Shown here in pieces: positions 18,165-27,702 of a stretch of DNA of 64,000 nucleotides. The translations under genes and the position numbers were made by a program. Numbering within the stretch: position 1 is the first letter of the stretch; each line of letters begins with the position of its first letter. The notes below the pieces were generated by a model. It saw only the letters and a program-made list of their open reading frames with translations. It made no database searches and had not been told where the DNA came from. This DNA is from Candidatus Gottesmanbacteria bacterium (GTDB lineage Bacteria; Patescibacteriota; Microgenomatia; 2-02-FULL-39-11). The DNA lies in contig JACPKY010000002.1 in assembly GCA_016186795.1 (NCBI GenBank), forward strand, positions 529,044 through 593,043. Reading direction: 5' to 3'.

Positions 18165-18504
18165 CACCTCCGCGACGAATTTCGCTTCGGCGGACAATGC
18201 GTTCTCGTTTGTTAATGTGCATATCTTGCAACAAAATAGTTTCCTCACATGTGAGGAACATTCAGTTGCAAAAAGTCCTAAGCCTTATGGGTTTGTACGG
18301 AAATACCTAAGCTCAGGGAAAAAATCTCGAAAAAAGACTTTTTCTCTGGGCTTATTCCATCAAATGGATTCGTCGCTTCGCTCCTCACCATATGTGGCAG
18401 TAAAACTCACTGCGTTCGTTAACTGCCACATAAAATCCTCTCCCCATTCCTTTATCACAGTACCCTATTTATTATGTACCGGCAGAAGAATGAAAAGAGG
18501 ATAA
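18165..18504 (+). CDS. Possible small ORF (113 aa from the ATG) of unknown function
   Basis: The ATG at 18165 is preceded by GGAGAAAATAAT, a good SD with 8-nt spacing. The product is Cys/His-containing with no recognisable family. It lies in an otherwise noncoding 660-nt gap and contains the 18-bp palindrome. Confidence 0.2.
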
Positions 18505-18533
18505 CGACTCTGGCGTCTTCTGCCAGAACTGCA

Positions 18534-19253
18534 TTAACCAATATTAATTCGTTTTCTCAAATATGTTCCGACTCCGAAAAGGGCCGAAAGCCCACCAAGA
18601 GATAGAATCCATTCTCCCGGTCCTGCCTGGGGAACAGTTGGCACAACAAACTCTTTTTCTATACAGAATTGGCTCTCATCGTGATCTTTTTCTCTATCAG
18701 ATGTCGCATCAACGACATTTACAGGACACGCAACTGATTTATCTCCCGGAAGCTGGTCAACTGGTACTACTTTTGTCTTAATTTCGAATGTTTGAGAAGC
18801 ACCTCCAGCTAGATTTTCGAGGGTCAATGTTATCATTCGTGTTTTACTATCATAGGTTCCCGGACCGGAGACAAACTCCACAAATTGAGGCAAGCGGTCC
18901 GAAACTGTCACATTGGAAAGCGCCTGATCCCCTGAATTTTTGACGATTATCCTAAAAAGAACTTCCCAATCCGGACGGTATTTGGGGTCATTGGGACCAA
19001 GATTATCAACATACTCACCGGTTGAGGGGTTACGCACAAGTTTATTAAGGAATACTTCGGGAGGTTTGGGGCATTGTACTCCGCCGCCATAGACCGGGAA
19101 ACACGTTGGAGTTGGGCAAATCACTCCTCCTCCGTAGATAGGAGTACACTTGTCACCTTCTATGCCATCAGCATAGACCAAAGATGTATTTGAAACGGTA
19201 CTTCCCAAAAAGACAGTCAAAAAAAAGACTGCCCCTATCATGATTTTATTCAT
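18534..19253 (-). CDS. Secreted cell-surface protein: signal peptide, duplicated YGGGV-C-P motif, DUF11-like beta domain and a C-terminal sorting-signal-like tail
   Basis: MNKIMIGAVFFLTVFLGS signal peptide. PIYGGGVICPTP and PVYGGGVQCPKP. SNVTVSDRLPQFVEFVSG is DUF11-like. The C-terminal PQAGPGEW + hydrophobic helix + LRKRINIG follows the tripartite architecture of sortase/exosortase-type signals. Confidence 0.5.
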   Translation of the reverse strand: MNKIMIGAVFFLTVFLGSTVSNTSLVYADGIEGDKCTPIYGGGVICPTPTCFPVYGGGVQCPKPPEVFLNKLVRNPSTGEYVDNLGPNDPKYRPDWEVLFRIIVKNSGDQALSNVTVSDRLPQFVEFVSGPGTYDSKTRMITLTLENLAGGASQTFEIKTKVVPVDQLPGDKSVACPVNVVDATSDREKDHDESQFCIEKEFVVPTVPQAGPGEWILSLGGLSALFGVGTYLRKRINIG

Positions 19254-19429
19254 AAAATATGGTTTGGCAGTAAACTACGGGGAATACTAGCATGGGGAAC
19301 TACTTTTGTCAAGTACTATAAGATCTATTTATTTCTTTCATTATTGATTACTCAATTCTATAACTCTAGCGGTATAAGCTTAAAAGGAAACGATTCCATA
19401 TCATCGTTTCAATTACTATAGGGAGATTA

Positions 19430-19903
19430 TTACCTCAAAAACTTTGTGCGGTAGATCACAAGTGCTCGCTTTGCAAGGATTTGAACTTCTTTGGGAAGAG
19501 GCAGTTTCCCAAGGTCAGACATTTCCGCCCAGAGGAAATCTTCTTTCATACGAAGCCTTCCAATATTTGAGGCTGTAGCAAAATAGATGCAATCAAGATG
19601 AATATGTGCTGGAGTTTTACCAAATCGAGGTATATTTTCCTCAAGAATTGCCTCTGGAAGACGCAACTCATTTACCACAGGAGTTTGGATGGGGTTTCTC
19701 CTTGGAGCTATCATAATTTCTATTGACAATCCTGTTTCTTCTTTTACTTCACGAAAAAGTGCTTCCTTTGGATTTTCTCCTTTTTCTACATGCCCGCCAA
19801 TACCAATCCATAACCCAAGCTTTTTATGGTGATGCAGAAGTACTTTTGGCTTTCCGGATATCTCCGCAATAATATAGGCTGTCGCGGTAAGATGTTTTAT
19901 CAT
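19430..19903 (-). CDS. NUDIX hydrolase
   Basis: Nudix box GGHVEKGENPKEALFREVKEETGL. Confidence 0.7.
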   Translation of the reverse strand: MIKHLTATAYIIAEISGKPKVLLHHHKKLGLWIGIGGHVEKGENPKEALFREVKEETGLSIEIMIAPRRNPIQTPVVNELRLPEAILEENIPRFGKTPAHIHLDCIYFATASNIGRLRMKEDFLWAEMSDLGKLPLPKEVQILAKRALVIYRTKFLR

Positions 19904-20826
19904 ATCTCAGCAAGTTCTGACCCATACGAGAGAAATTCTTCTCCTTTTCGACAATACGTTTTCTCAAGCCCCCAAAGAAATTGGCCATCCCGCTTTGCAA
20001 TGTACCGATGAACACAGTCTCCGGTAAGTGATCGGATCTCTCCAAGAATAGTATTTTTTTTAAATTTCCCTCTCCCCTCAATTGTTGGATACCACAGCCC
20101 ATTTTGTGAGGCAAACTCCTCATGAATCTCTCGATAGACGTTTTTTTTCGAATTATTGATTCTTCCTTTTTTCATTCCTAACGACTTCATAACAGATTCT
20201 ACCCAACGAAGATGCAGATTTACCCACTTATTATCCCTTGCCCCTAAATCTCCTGATTCGGCCATTATGTAGGAAATACCTAGACTTCCAACCTTTACCG
20301 GCTTCCCTCCCCATACACCTGGCCGCTCGTAGGTAATTATCCCCTTGGGAAGAGCATGAAGAATTTTTATATTTCTTTCATTAACCTCTCTATTCTCTGT
20401 TTCGTACATCAAAAGTACGGGAGATAATCGTTCATACACAGATGCTCCATGAAGATCGAGCCAAACAGAGACTCCTGACAATATTTTTTGGTACAACCAG
20501 TAAATAAGACGTTCGCTTGGTGAACCAGTTGGCTTTCCTGGAAAAATATGTTTGGGAAATTTTCCGTCAAGAGGATTATAAGATGTTCCAGTTTCAAACC
20601 CAGGGATATTTACAATGGGGACGACAAGAAGCGTCCCAGAAAAGTTTCCGCCTTTATATTTCTCCCAAACTTTATATGCCGCATCAACGGCCGCATACTC
20701 ATCTCCATCCATTCCTGCTGTTACTAAAAGAGTATGTCCTGATAATTTTCCTCTAATCCTAGCAATAGGAATGGAGATTGTTTTTTCTCCTAAATTTACC
20801 TTCTCCAACTCTAAGGATGCGTTCAT
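19900..20826 (-). CDS. Succinylglutamate desuccinylase/aspartoacylase (AstE/AspA, M14-like) family protein
   Basis: LLVTAGMDGDEYAAVDA and WLDLHGAS resemble the Zn-binding motifs of this family. The start was chosen at MNASLE. The ORF-track version extends to 20883. Confidence 0.45.
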   Translation of the reverse strand: MNASLELEKVNLGEKTISIPIARIRGKLSGHTLLVTAGMDGDEYAAVDAAYKVWEKYKGGNFSGTLLVVPIVNIPGFETGTSYNPLDGKFPKHIFPGKPTGSPSERLIYWLYQKILSGVSVWLDLHGASVYERLSPVLLMYETENREVNERNIKILHALPKGIITYERPGVWGGKPVKVGSLGISYIMAESGDLGARDNKWVNLHLRWVESVMKSLGMKKGRINNSKKNVYREIHEEFASQNGLWYPTIEGRGKFKKNTILGEIRSLTGDCVHRYIAKRDGQFLWGLEKTYCRKGEEFLSYGSELAEI

Positions 20827-20866
20827 AGTTCTTATTCTACCCAGCTGTATTATACGGCATACCCAC

Positions 20867-20893
20867 GTAACTTGAGTTTGCAACTCAAGTTAC
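20867..20893. promoter_or_regulatory. Perfect 12-bp inverted repeat with a 3-nt loop (gtaacttgagtt tgc aactcaagttac) in a divergent intergenic region
   Basis: Seen in the sequence. It lies between the divergently transcribed 19900-20826 (-) and 20986-22551 (+) genes, so it is a candidate operator or 5' UTR hairpin. Confidence 0.35.
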
Positions 20894-20985
20894 TCAGTAT
20901 AGACCCATCTAATCCGCTTTTTCACCCGTTCCGGGTTGCAAACCGGAGTAAGATGGGTATATCTATGGTACAATTGGCCTGATTT

Positions 20986-22551
20986 ATGGCCAATATCTCG
21001 CTTTCTCAGTCTTTTCAGGATCTTTTTGCCGACTTTCAGGAGCTCGAATATCTTGCAGTAAGTTATAGGCAAAAATTGCAGCAGTTCGTAAAAGATGTTG
21101 AGAAGACAAAAAAGTATATTTTACCTTCAACACTTCTGTTTGTAACTTCTGAAGCTGAAAAATATCTCTCGCGCCTTGAAAAAATACTTACGCAACTTTC
21201 ACTTCTAAAAACTCAATGCAGAGAGAAATACTCGGAAAGTCACTTGCAGCGTCTTATTGGTGGAAAGCGGAAAATGAAAGATTTGTTGCGATCAATTAGT
21301 GGACTTCTCTCAACCCTTATTACTTCAACCGACTGGCAGTCCCCTTCCATTGACTATTCCGTATTCCCAACATCCGGAAAACAAGCGGGAAAAACTATCG
21401 GTGGAATAAACGATTACAAGCGTGATACACATATCGATGCCCAGGTTTTCGAAAAGCTATACCTTAAGGAATACGTTGATGCTCCCTTCAAATTCCTCGT
21501 TCATGCCTACGCGGTAAATTCCGGTATGGCAGCCTTTTCAACAATTCTTAATTTTCTCCTTATGGAGGGAAAACTAAATAGTGGCGTCCTTATCGGAAAA
21601 AATGTCTATTTCCAAAATAAGGAACTTCTGACCTCCGTTATTAAAAAAAGATTAATCGAGATCGAAGAGTGGAATACGGAGAAAATTATAAAAGTAATAA
21701 GAAAAAAGAAACCTGGTGTTGTTTATTTCGATGCGTTGTCAACTTCAGTGAATACTGCCATGCCAAACATTCCTGCAATAATTCAGGAGATCCTTCGATC
21801 CGCCAGTAGGCGGACTCAAGATGATATTTATTTCCTTATCGATATAAGCTGTTTATCAGCTTCTTTCCAAATTTGGAAAGAGGTTATCGGCAAATCCAGA
21901 AAGTTTCACTGTATCGTCTTTGAAAGCCTCAATAAATTCAGCCAATTTGGGCTAGATCGAGAAATGGGAGGTATAATTTTAGCCTATGGAAAGGACACTG
22001 GAAACCTATTTGAGTACAGAAAGAACTCGGGTACAATAATTACTCATAACTCAGTGTATGCAATACCGACTCCAAACAAGAAAAAGCTTCTGAAACGGAT
22101 TGAAAGACATGAAAGGAATACAAAAATACTCGCCGAAAAATTGCAGATGTACATTGACGAGCATCCGTATTCGGCAATTGAAAAAATTTGGTATCCAGGC
22201 CTTCCCTCCCATCCATCATTTCCTTATACAAAAAACTTGAGATTTAAAGGTACCTTTTTTAGCCTTCAATTCAAGCGGATTCTGCAATCGAAGCGGAAAT
22301 ATCAGCAATTTATCAACCTGGTCCTGACGGAGGCAAAAAATCAAAATGTACCAATTATTGAGGGAACGAGTTTTGGACTCGATACAACGAGAATCTATCT
22401 TGCGGCTGCATATACAATCCATGCTCTTCCCTTTATACGCATTGCAGTGGGTACGGAAACAATAATTGAGATAGAAAAAATCGCAGGCGTCCTCATCGGC
22501 TCAATGAACACATTTACTCATAGACTTCGAACAAAAATACCTTTCCTATAA
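20986..22551 (+). CDS. Cys/Met-metabolism PLP-dependent enzyme family homolog (CGS/CBL/CGL-like fold) with a ~130-aa N-terminal coiled-coil extension
   Basis: NSGMAAFSTILNFLL matches the NTGMSAI segment. FESLNKFSQFGLDREMGGII aligns to SCTKYLNGHSDVVAGVV with the Lys retained. IWYPGLPSHPSF matches the family YPGLxSHP motif, and EGTSFGLDTTRI matches the AESLGGVESLI region. The N-terminal 130 aa is heptad-like. Confidence 0.5.
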   Translation: MANISLSQSFQDLFADFQELEYLAVSYRQKLQQFVKDVEKTKKYILPSTLLFVTSEAEKYLSRLEKILTQLSLLKTQCREKYSESHLQRLIGGKRKMKDLLRSISGLLSTLITSTDWQSPSIDYSVFPTSGKQAGKTIGGINDYKRDTHIDAQVFEKLYLKEYVDAPFKFLVHAYAVNSGMAAFSTILNFLLMEGKLNSGVLIGKNVYFQNKELLTSVIKKRLIEIEEWNTEKIIKVIRKKKPGVVYFDALSTSVNTAMPNIPAIIQEILRSASRRTQDDIYFLIDISCLSASFQIWKEVIGKSRKFHCIVFESLNKFSQFGLDREMGGIILAYGKDTGNLFEYRKNSGTIITHNSVYAIPTPNKKKLLKRIERHERNTKILAEKLQMYIDEHPYSAIEKIWYPGLPSHPSFPYTKNLRFKGTFFSLQFKRILQSKRKYQQFINLVLTEAKNQNVPIIEGTSFGLDTTRIYLAAAYTIHALPFIRIAVGTETIIEIEKIAGVLIGSMNTFTHRLRTKIPFL

Positions 22552-22670
22552 AGACCTGAGAGATACAGGTCATCCTGAGGTGCTGACCGAAGGATCTAGC
22601 AAATAACGGGATTCTTCTCCGCCAGCCGGCGGATCAGAATGACAAGGGGTGATTTTGATATACTGGAAAG

Positions 22671-23855
22671 ATGCAAAAATTCAAATCTTCCTCATTTATT
22701 ATTTTTCTCATTGTATTTATTAATTTTTTAGGATACGGCATTGTATTTCCTACTCTTCCCCTTCTTACAGAATCTTACGGTGGTACTCCCTTTTTGTCCG
22801 GAATATTTATTGCTGCATTTTCCTTCATGCAAGTTTTGGCAATGCCAATACTTGGAAGGCTATCTGATAAGTACGGAAGAAGGCCTCTTCTTTTATTTTC
22901 ACTTTGGGGGACCTTTTTTTCTTTTTTTCTCATGGGTATTACCCATAGTCTTTTGTGGCTTCTTATTGCAAGAATCATTGATGGGGCATCGGGAGGAAAC
23001 CTTTCCATCGCCCAAGCTTATATTGCCGATATTACAGACAGAAAAAATAGATCTTCTGGAATGGGAATTATTGGTGCAGGTATTACGCTTGGATTTATCA
23101 TTGGACCTGTATGGGGAGGAATATTTTCTAAAATCAGCCCGACTGCCCCATATTTTTCGGCAGCGGTAATCACACTTATCAGTATACTTTTGACTCAGTT
23201 TTTGCTGCCGGAGTCAGTTTCAAAAAAAGAAAAAGTATATGAAAAATCTCACTTCAATTTTGCCACCTTGTTTAAACATTTTAGAAATGCTCCTCTTTTT
23301 ATCCTTTTTATTGTTACTCTTCTTCTTTTTTGGGGACAATCTGGAGTCTATACAACACTTAGTCTTTTGGGCAATGATGTTTTCCACTTGACGCTATTAA
23401 AAACTAGCCTCCTTTTTGCTTTCGGAGGAATCCTTTCAGCATTTATCCAAGCATTTCTTATTGGGAAAGTTACCAAATTCATTTCAGAGGAAAAACTCCT
23501 TATTATTAGTGCTATTTCCGGTACAGTTGGTTTTTTCTTTATGGCAATTTCAGAAAATATTGCAATCTTTGTTGTTGGCATGACCATTTTTTCTATTGGG
23601 AATGGATTCCTTGCCCCTATTTCACAAGGATTAGTTTCAGAACTCGCTTCTGAACATGAACAGGGCGGTATTATGGGTATTTTGCAAAGTTTTGGATCTA
23701 TAGGAAGAATTATTGGACCACTTCTTGCTGGTTTTATTTACCAAACGTTAAATCCCTTTGCGCCAAGTGCTATGGGAGCAGTCGTTTTTGCCGGCATTGC
23801 CATCCTGGGAACTCAATTTATGAGGAAAAATACTTCACCGCATTTTGAAAAATGA
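22671..23855 (+). CDS. MFS transporter (DHA1-like)
   Basis: 12-TM architecture with motif A GRLSDKYGRRP. Confidence 0.75.
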   Translation: MQKFKSSSFIIFLIVFINFLGYGIVFPTLPLLTESYGGTPFLSGIFIAAFSFMQVLAMPILGRLSDKYGRRPLLLFSLWGTFFSFFLMGITHSLLWLLIARIIDGASGGNLSIAQAYIADITDRKNRSSGMGIIGAGITLGFIIGPVWGGIFSKISPTAPYFSAAVITLISILLTQFLLPESVSKKEKVYEKSHFNFATLFKHFRNAPLFILFIVTLLLFWGQSGVYTTLSLLGNDVFHLTLLKTSLLFAFGGILSAFIQAFLIGKVTKFISEEKLLIISAISGTVGFFFMAISENIAIFVVGMTIFSIGNGFLAPISQGLVSELASEHEQGGIMGILQSFGSIGRIIGPLLAGFIYQTLNPFAPSAMGAVVFAGIAILGTQFMRKNTSPHFEK

Positions 23856-24627
23856 AATAGCCATCCCCAAACTTCGGAAGTTTTACCTTCCTTCGCAGTA
23901 ACTCCTCTTTTTGCCGATGCCATAAAGGGTGCTGAAAAGAATATAGTGCCCGATCAGGATGTGGCATAAGTCCGAATATTTTGCCTGTAGGATCTGTTAC
24001 AGCTGCAATATTTTCAACTGATCCATTCGGATTATCCGAAAGATCAATTGCGGTACAGATCGTCCCACGAAAATACCGAAGGGCAATCCTTTTCTTTTTC
24101 TCTAACTTTTTCAAAACTTCCCTCGATGCGAAGAACTTTCCCTCTCCATGAGCGATAGGAAGAGAAAGTGTTGTAATTCCTCGTAACCAAAGCGAATCAT
24201 TTGTAACTTTGAGGTCTACCCACCGTACTGTATAGCGCGCGTTCTTATTGAGAAGAAGGGCAATTTCTCTTTTGCCAAAACGCCCATCAAGCGCGGGAAG
24301 AAGTCCGAGGTTTGCCAAAATCTGAAATCCGTTGCAGATTCCAAGCACAAGTTTATCCCGACGAACAAATGATAAAATCTCTTCCCAAAGATGATTTCTC
24401 ATCCGACTTGCAAATGCCAGTCCAGATCCCAAATCATCTCCAAAAGAAAATCCCCCTGGAACAACGAGTATTTGATAGGATGATAGTTTCTTTTGCTTTG
24501 AGATAATGTCATTAATATGGACAATTTCTGACACTGCTCCGGCAAGTTCAAATCCGAAGCGCGCTTCTTCTTCGCAATTAAGACCATATCCCGAAAGAAC
24601 AATTACTCGCGGTTTATTCATAGTCAA
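23818..24627 (-). CDS. purQ: Phosphoribosylformylglycinamidine synthase, glutamine amidotransferase subunit PurQ
   Basis: Class I GATase with GICNGFQ (catalytic Cys) and HPD/HGE residues. Immediately downstream of purL, with a 4-nt overlap. Confidence 0.75.
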   Translation of the reverse strand: MTMNKPRVIVLSGYGLNCEEEARFGFELAGAVSEIVHINDIISKQKKLSSYQILVVPGGFSFGDDLGSGLAFASRMRNHLWEEILSFVRRDKLVLGICNGFQILANLGLLPALDGRFGKREIALLLNKNARYTVRWVDLKVTNDSLWLRGITTLSLPIAHGEGKFFASREVLKKLEKKKRIALRYFRGTICTAIDLSDNPNGSVENIAAVTDPTGKIFGLMPHPDRALYSFQHPLWHRQKEELLRRKVKLPKFGDGYFIFQNAVKYFSS

Positions 24628-27623
24628 TAGTTTGCAAATTTTTTCCTGTAAGAGTTTAGAAGCTGAGATAAAGAAGTAACTACTAAATCTTTTCCCTGAC
24701 GATTTCTTATTCTGACAATATCATCTGAGGTAACTTTTCCAAGAAAACCTATCTCAAATCCTTTAAATTGTTTCTCAAACTGTTTTCTTTTATTTGGATC
24801 AATTGCAACAAGAATTCTTCCTTGGGACTCGGAAAATAACCCAAAATCATCTCGACTCCACTTCCCTGGTAATTTTTCCAGAGAAATATCAGCCCCGTGC
24901 TTCCCAGCCATGGATAGTTTTGATAAAGAAACACCTAATCCTCCACGGGTAACACTTACAGCTGAGGCAATAAGATTATTCTCTATTGCGTGGAAGTACG
25001 CTTTATACAGTCTCCGAAATTCTTTGGCCCGAACCTGTGGTACAGACGAATGAAAGATTGCATTATGATGGTTCTCTTTTAAATAGGTAAAATACTCCGA
25101 TCCTCCCAACTCATCATTTGTGCTACCAAGGATATAGATAAGATCGCCAGGAAATTTTGCATCAAGGGAAACAGTTTTTGAGATATCGGAAACAATTCCC
25201 ACTGATGAGATAAGAAGTGTCGGAGGGATAGAAATCTTGATCTTATTTCCATTGGTATCAAAACCAACAAAATCGTTAAACATACTATCTTTCCCTGAAA
25301 TAAAAGGAGTTTGGAAAGAAACCGCGTAGTCAAAACATGCTCTGGCAGCTTCTTTTAGTTGGTACAGTCGCTCCCTCTCGTTTGACGAACACCAACAGAA
25401 ATTATCTAAAAGAGCAATTGTTTCGGGATCTGCTCCAACGGCAATAACATTTCGTATTGCACTATCAAGACAGCACGCCGCCATCCGGTAACTATCAAGC
25501 TCACTGTATGATGGATAAAGACCATACGAAAGGGTAACTCCCCGGAAAGATGTCAAATCCGGACGGAACACCGTTGCCTCACTATTGACTCTACCAACTC
25601 CCTGGAGAGGCTTGAGAACAGATGTACTTTGCACTTCATGGTCAAATTGGGAAGAGATAAATTCAAAACTTGATGTATTCCACCTCCCAACCATATCGAC
25701 AAATGCTGATGTGTAATCGGTAATTTTTGGTACTGAGCTTTGCAAAGATACACGATTGAATTTCTTTGTTACCAAGTGCTTTCTGGGAAATCCGTCATGC
25801 AGAAATTGTAAATCTATATCCATAACTGTTTTTCCTTTGTACGAAACGTGGCATTTGCGGAAACGAGTAAATTTCCCTATGATTGTTGCCTCCACTCCTC
25901 TACTTTTGCAAAGTTGAGAAAATTTTCTCCATTTGCCTGGAGGGACTGCCAGAGTCATTCTTTCTTGGGATTCAGATATCCAAATTTGCCATGGAGAAAG
26001 ATTTGGATATTTTAAAGGAACTTTCTCAAGCTCAACCAAACATCCGCCTGATTCCTTTGCCATCTCGGCGACAGAACAGGAAAGTCCTCCTGCTCCGTTA
26101 TCGGTAATACTGTTATAGAGATTCAAATCGCGAGCCTCTTTGACAATTGCATCAGAGAACTTTTTTTGGGTAATCGGATCTCCGATTTGAACTGCTGAAA
26201 CCGGACTATTGCTATCAATAGGAACTGATGAAAATGTAGCTCCATGAATCCCATCTATCCCAACTCTTCCTCCAATCATGACAATATAGTCTCCAGATCG
26301 GGCCCTTTTTTCATAAAGCTTTTTCTTTCCAGATTTAAATGGCAGAAACCCGACAGTCCCCACAAACACCAACGGTTTTCCCTGAAAATCCTCATCAAAA
26401 TAGAGAAATCCGGAAGGAGTAGGAATCCCTGAGGTATTTCCTCCTCCATTTACTCCAGATACCACCCCTTCAAGAATTCTTTGCGGAGGAAGCATGGGGT
26501 GTTTCTTTCCCTTATCCCTATAAATTTGCCGTTTCACGGTTGGGGGTGCAAAACAAAACCCGTACGTATTGGCAACTGGTTTTGCACCAAGTCCAAAACC
26601 GATCGCGTCTCGGTTCACACCAACAATTCCAGTGATAGCACCTCCGAATGGATCAAGAGCCGAAGGGCTATTGTGTGTTTCTACCTTATGGGTAAGAAGG
26701 TGGTTCTTATCAAACCGAATTGCTCCCGAGTTATCAGAAAAAACACTCACGCAAAAATCTTTCTTTCCCTTTTTCTTTCGGACAAGTTCGGTCGCATGCT
26801 TTATGTATGTTTTATACAAACCCTCCTTCACCTCATCAATCTCACTTGAAAAAATTATATGCTTACAATGTTCGGACCACGTTTGCGCAAGTGACTCTAT
26901 CTCTATATCTGTCGGATTTCTCCCAAGCTTTTTAAAGTACTTTTTAATTTTTCTCATTGAGGAAAGATCAAGTGCCAGAGGTCCACGCCTTACTTCATCT
27001 TTCTCGGCAATACCGAGTGACCCAATGTTAGTTAGCTCCCCATCTGAAACGTCAAGATTCACAACCGACACAGATGGGACTGTCCTTATTAAGACTTTCG
27101 GTATGCGAAGGAAGAAACTGGATTTATTTAGGATGTCTGTATACGGATAGACATGCAAGCTTTGAATAAGTGGATTACCAAGACTATAGGCAATACTTTC
27201 ACAATCGTTTCTTTTTAAATCTCCTTTGAGGTAGGTTCTTTGGGATGAATAAGTACCTTCTCCATCTTTAAATCGTATTTTTAATTGGTCTTCAATCGTT
27301 TCTTTCAGCGTATGGGCAACGTTATCAGTAACTCCGGCAAGAAAACCTATCTCAATGATCCAGTCAAACTGTGGAAGAGTCGCTTTCCCCGTTGCTTTTT
27401 GAGTGATCGGATTTACCAGAAGCGATACAATCTGGTCGATCGCTTTTCGATCCAAAGACTTCTCTATTGTGTAAATGTCGGATATGGCAAGGGAAGAAAT
27501 TTTTTGGGCAAGACCGAGATTTTCTATGTGTCTTTTTCGTATCTCGGCTCGTGGATCGGCAATATTTGGGACAACTTCAATACTTGTAATCAACACGTTC
27601 CCCCTTTTTGGCGCTTTTATCAT
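24624..27623 (-). CDS. purL: Phosphoribosylformylglycinamidine synthase PurL, with an N-terminal PurS-like region
   Basis: AIR-synthase-related domains and typical PurL segments (VFSDNSGAIRFD and GIDGIHGATFSS). The start was chosen at MIKAPKRGNVLITSIEV (27623). The ORF-track version (to 27875) adds 84 low-quality residues. Confidence 0.8.
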   Translation of the reverse strand: MIKAPKRGNVLITSIEVVPNIADPRAEIRKRHIENLGLAQKISSLAISDIYTIEKSLDRKAIDQIVSLLVNPITQKATGKATLPQFDWIIEIGFLAGVTDNVAHTLKETIEDQLKIRFKDGEGTYSSQRTYLKGDLKRNDCESIAYSLGNPLIQSLHVYPYTDILNKSSFFLRIPKVLIRTVPSVSVVNLDVSDGELTNIGSLGIAEKDEVRRGPLALDLSSMRKIKKYFKKLGRNPTDIEIESLAQTWSEHCKHIIFSSEIDEVKEGLYKTYIKHATELVRKKKGKKDFCVSVFSDNSGAIRFDKNHLLTHKVETHNSPSALDPFGGAITGIVGVNRDAIGFGLGAKPVANTYGFCFAPPTVKRQIYRDKGKKHPMLPPQRILEGVVSGVNGGGNTSGIPTPSGFLYFDEDFQGKPLVFVGTVGFLPFKSGKKKLYEKRARSGDYIVMIGGRVGIDGIHGATFSSVPIDSNSPVSAVQIGDPITQKKFSDAIVKEARDLNLYNSITDNGAGGLSCSVAEMAKESGGCLVELEKVPLKYPNLSPWQIWISESQERMTLAVPPGKWRKFSQLCKSRGVEATIIGKFTRFRKCHVSYKGKTVMDIDLQFLHDGFPRKHLVTKKFNRVSLQSSVPKITDYTSAFVDMVGRWNTSSFEFISSQFDHEVQSTSVLKPLQGVGRVNSEATVFRPDLTSFRGVTLSYGLYPSYSELDSYRMAACCLDSAIRNVIAVGADPETIALLDNFCWCSSNERERLYQLKEAARACFDYAVSFQTPFISGKDSMFNDFVGFDTNGNKIKISIPPTLLISSVGIVSDISKTVSLDAKFPGDLIYILGSTNDELGGSEYFTYLKENHHNAIFHSSVPQVRAKEFRRLYKAYFHAIENNLIASAVSVTRGGLGVSLSKLSMAGKHGADISLEKLPGKWSRDDFGLFSESQGRILVAIDPNKRKQFEKQFKGFEIGFLGKVTSDDIVRIRNRQGKDLVVTSLSQLLNSYRKKFANY

Positions 27624-27702
27624 GAAGGAAAAGACGAAAAAAATCAAGAGAAAGTTTTTGTTCTGTATCAAATGCTTGACAAAGAGTGATAAATCCTTTC
27701 TA

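Noticed and set aside
20890-21072. 60-aa minus-strand ORF overlapping the start of the 20986 gene
   Set aside because: It overlaps a better-supported plus-strand CDS and the 27-bp palindrome. The product is basic and low-complexity.
27475-27700. N-terminal 75 aa of the ORF-track protein 27475-28329
   Set aside because: It overlaps the purL 5' end on the opposite strand. The downstream Met at 27703 gives a typical basic-then-TM N-terminus, so the long form is probably an over-extension.
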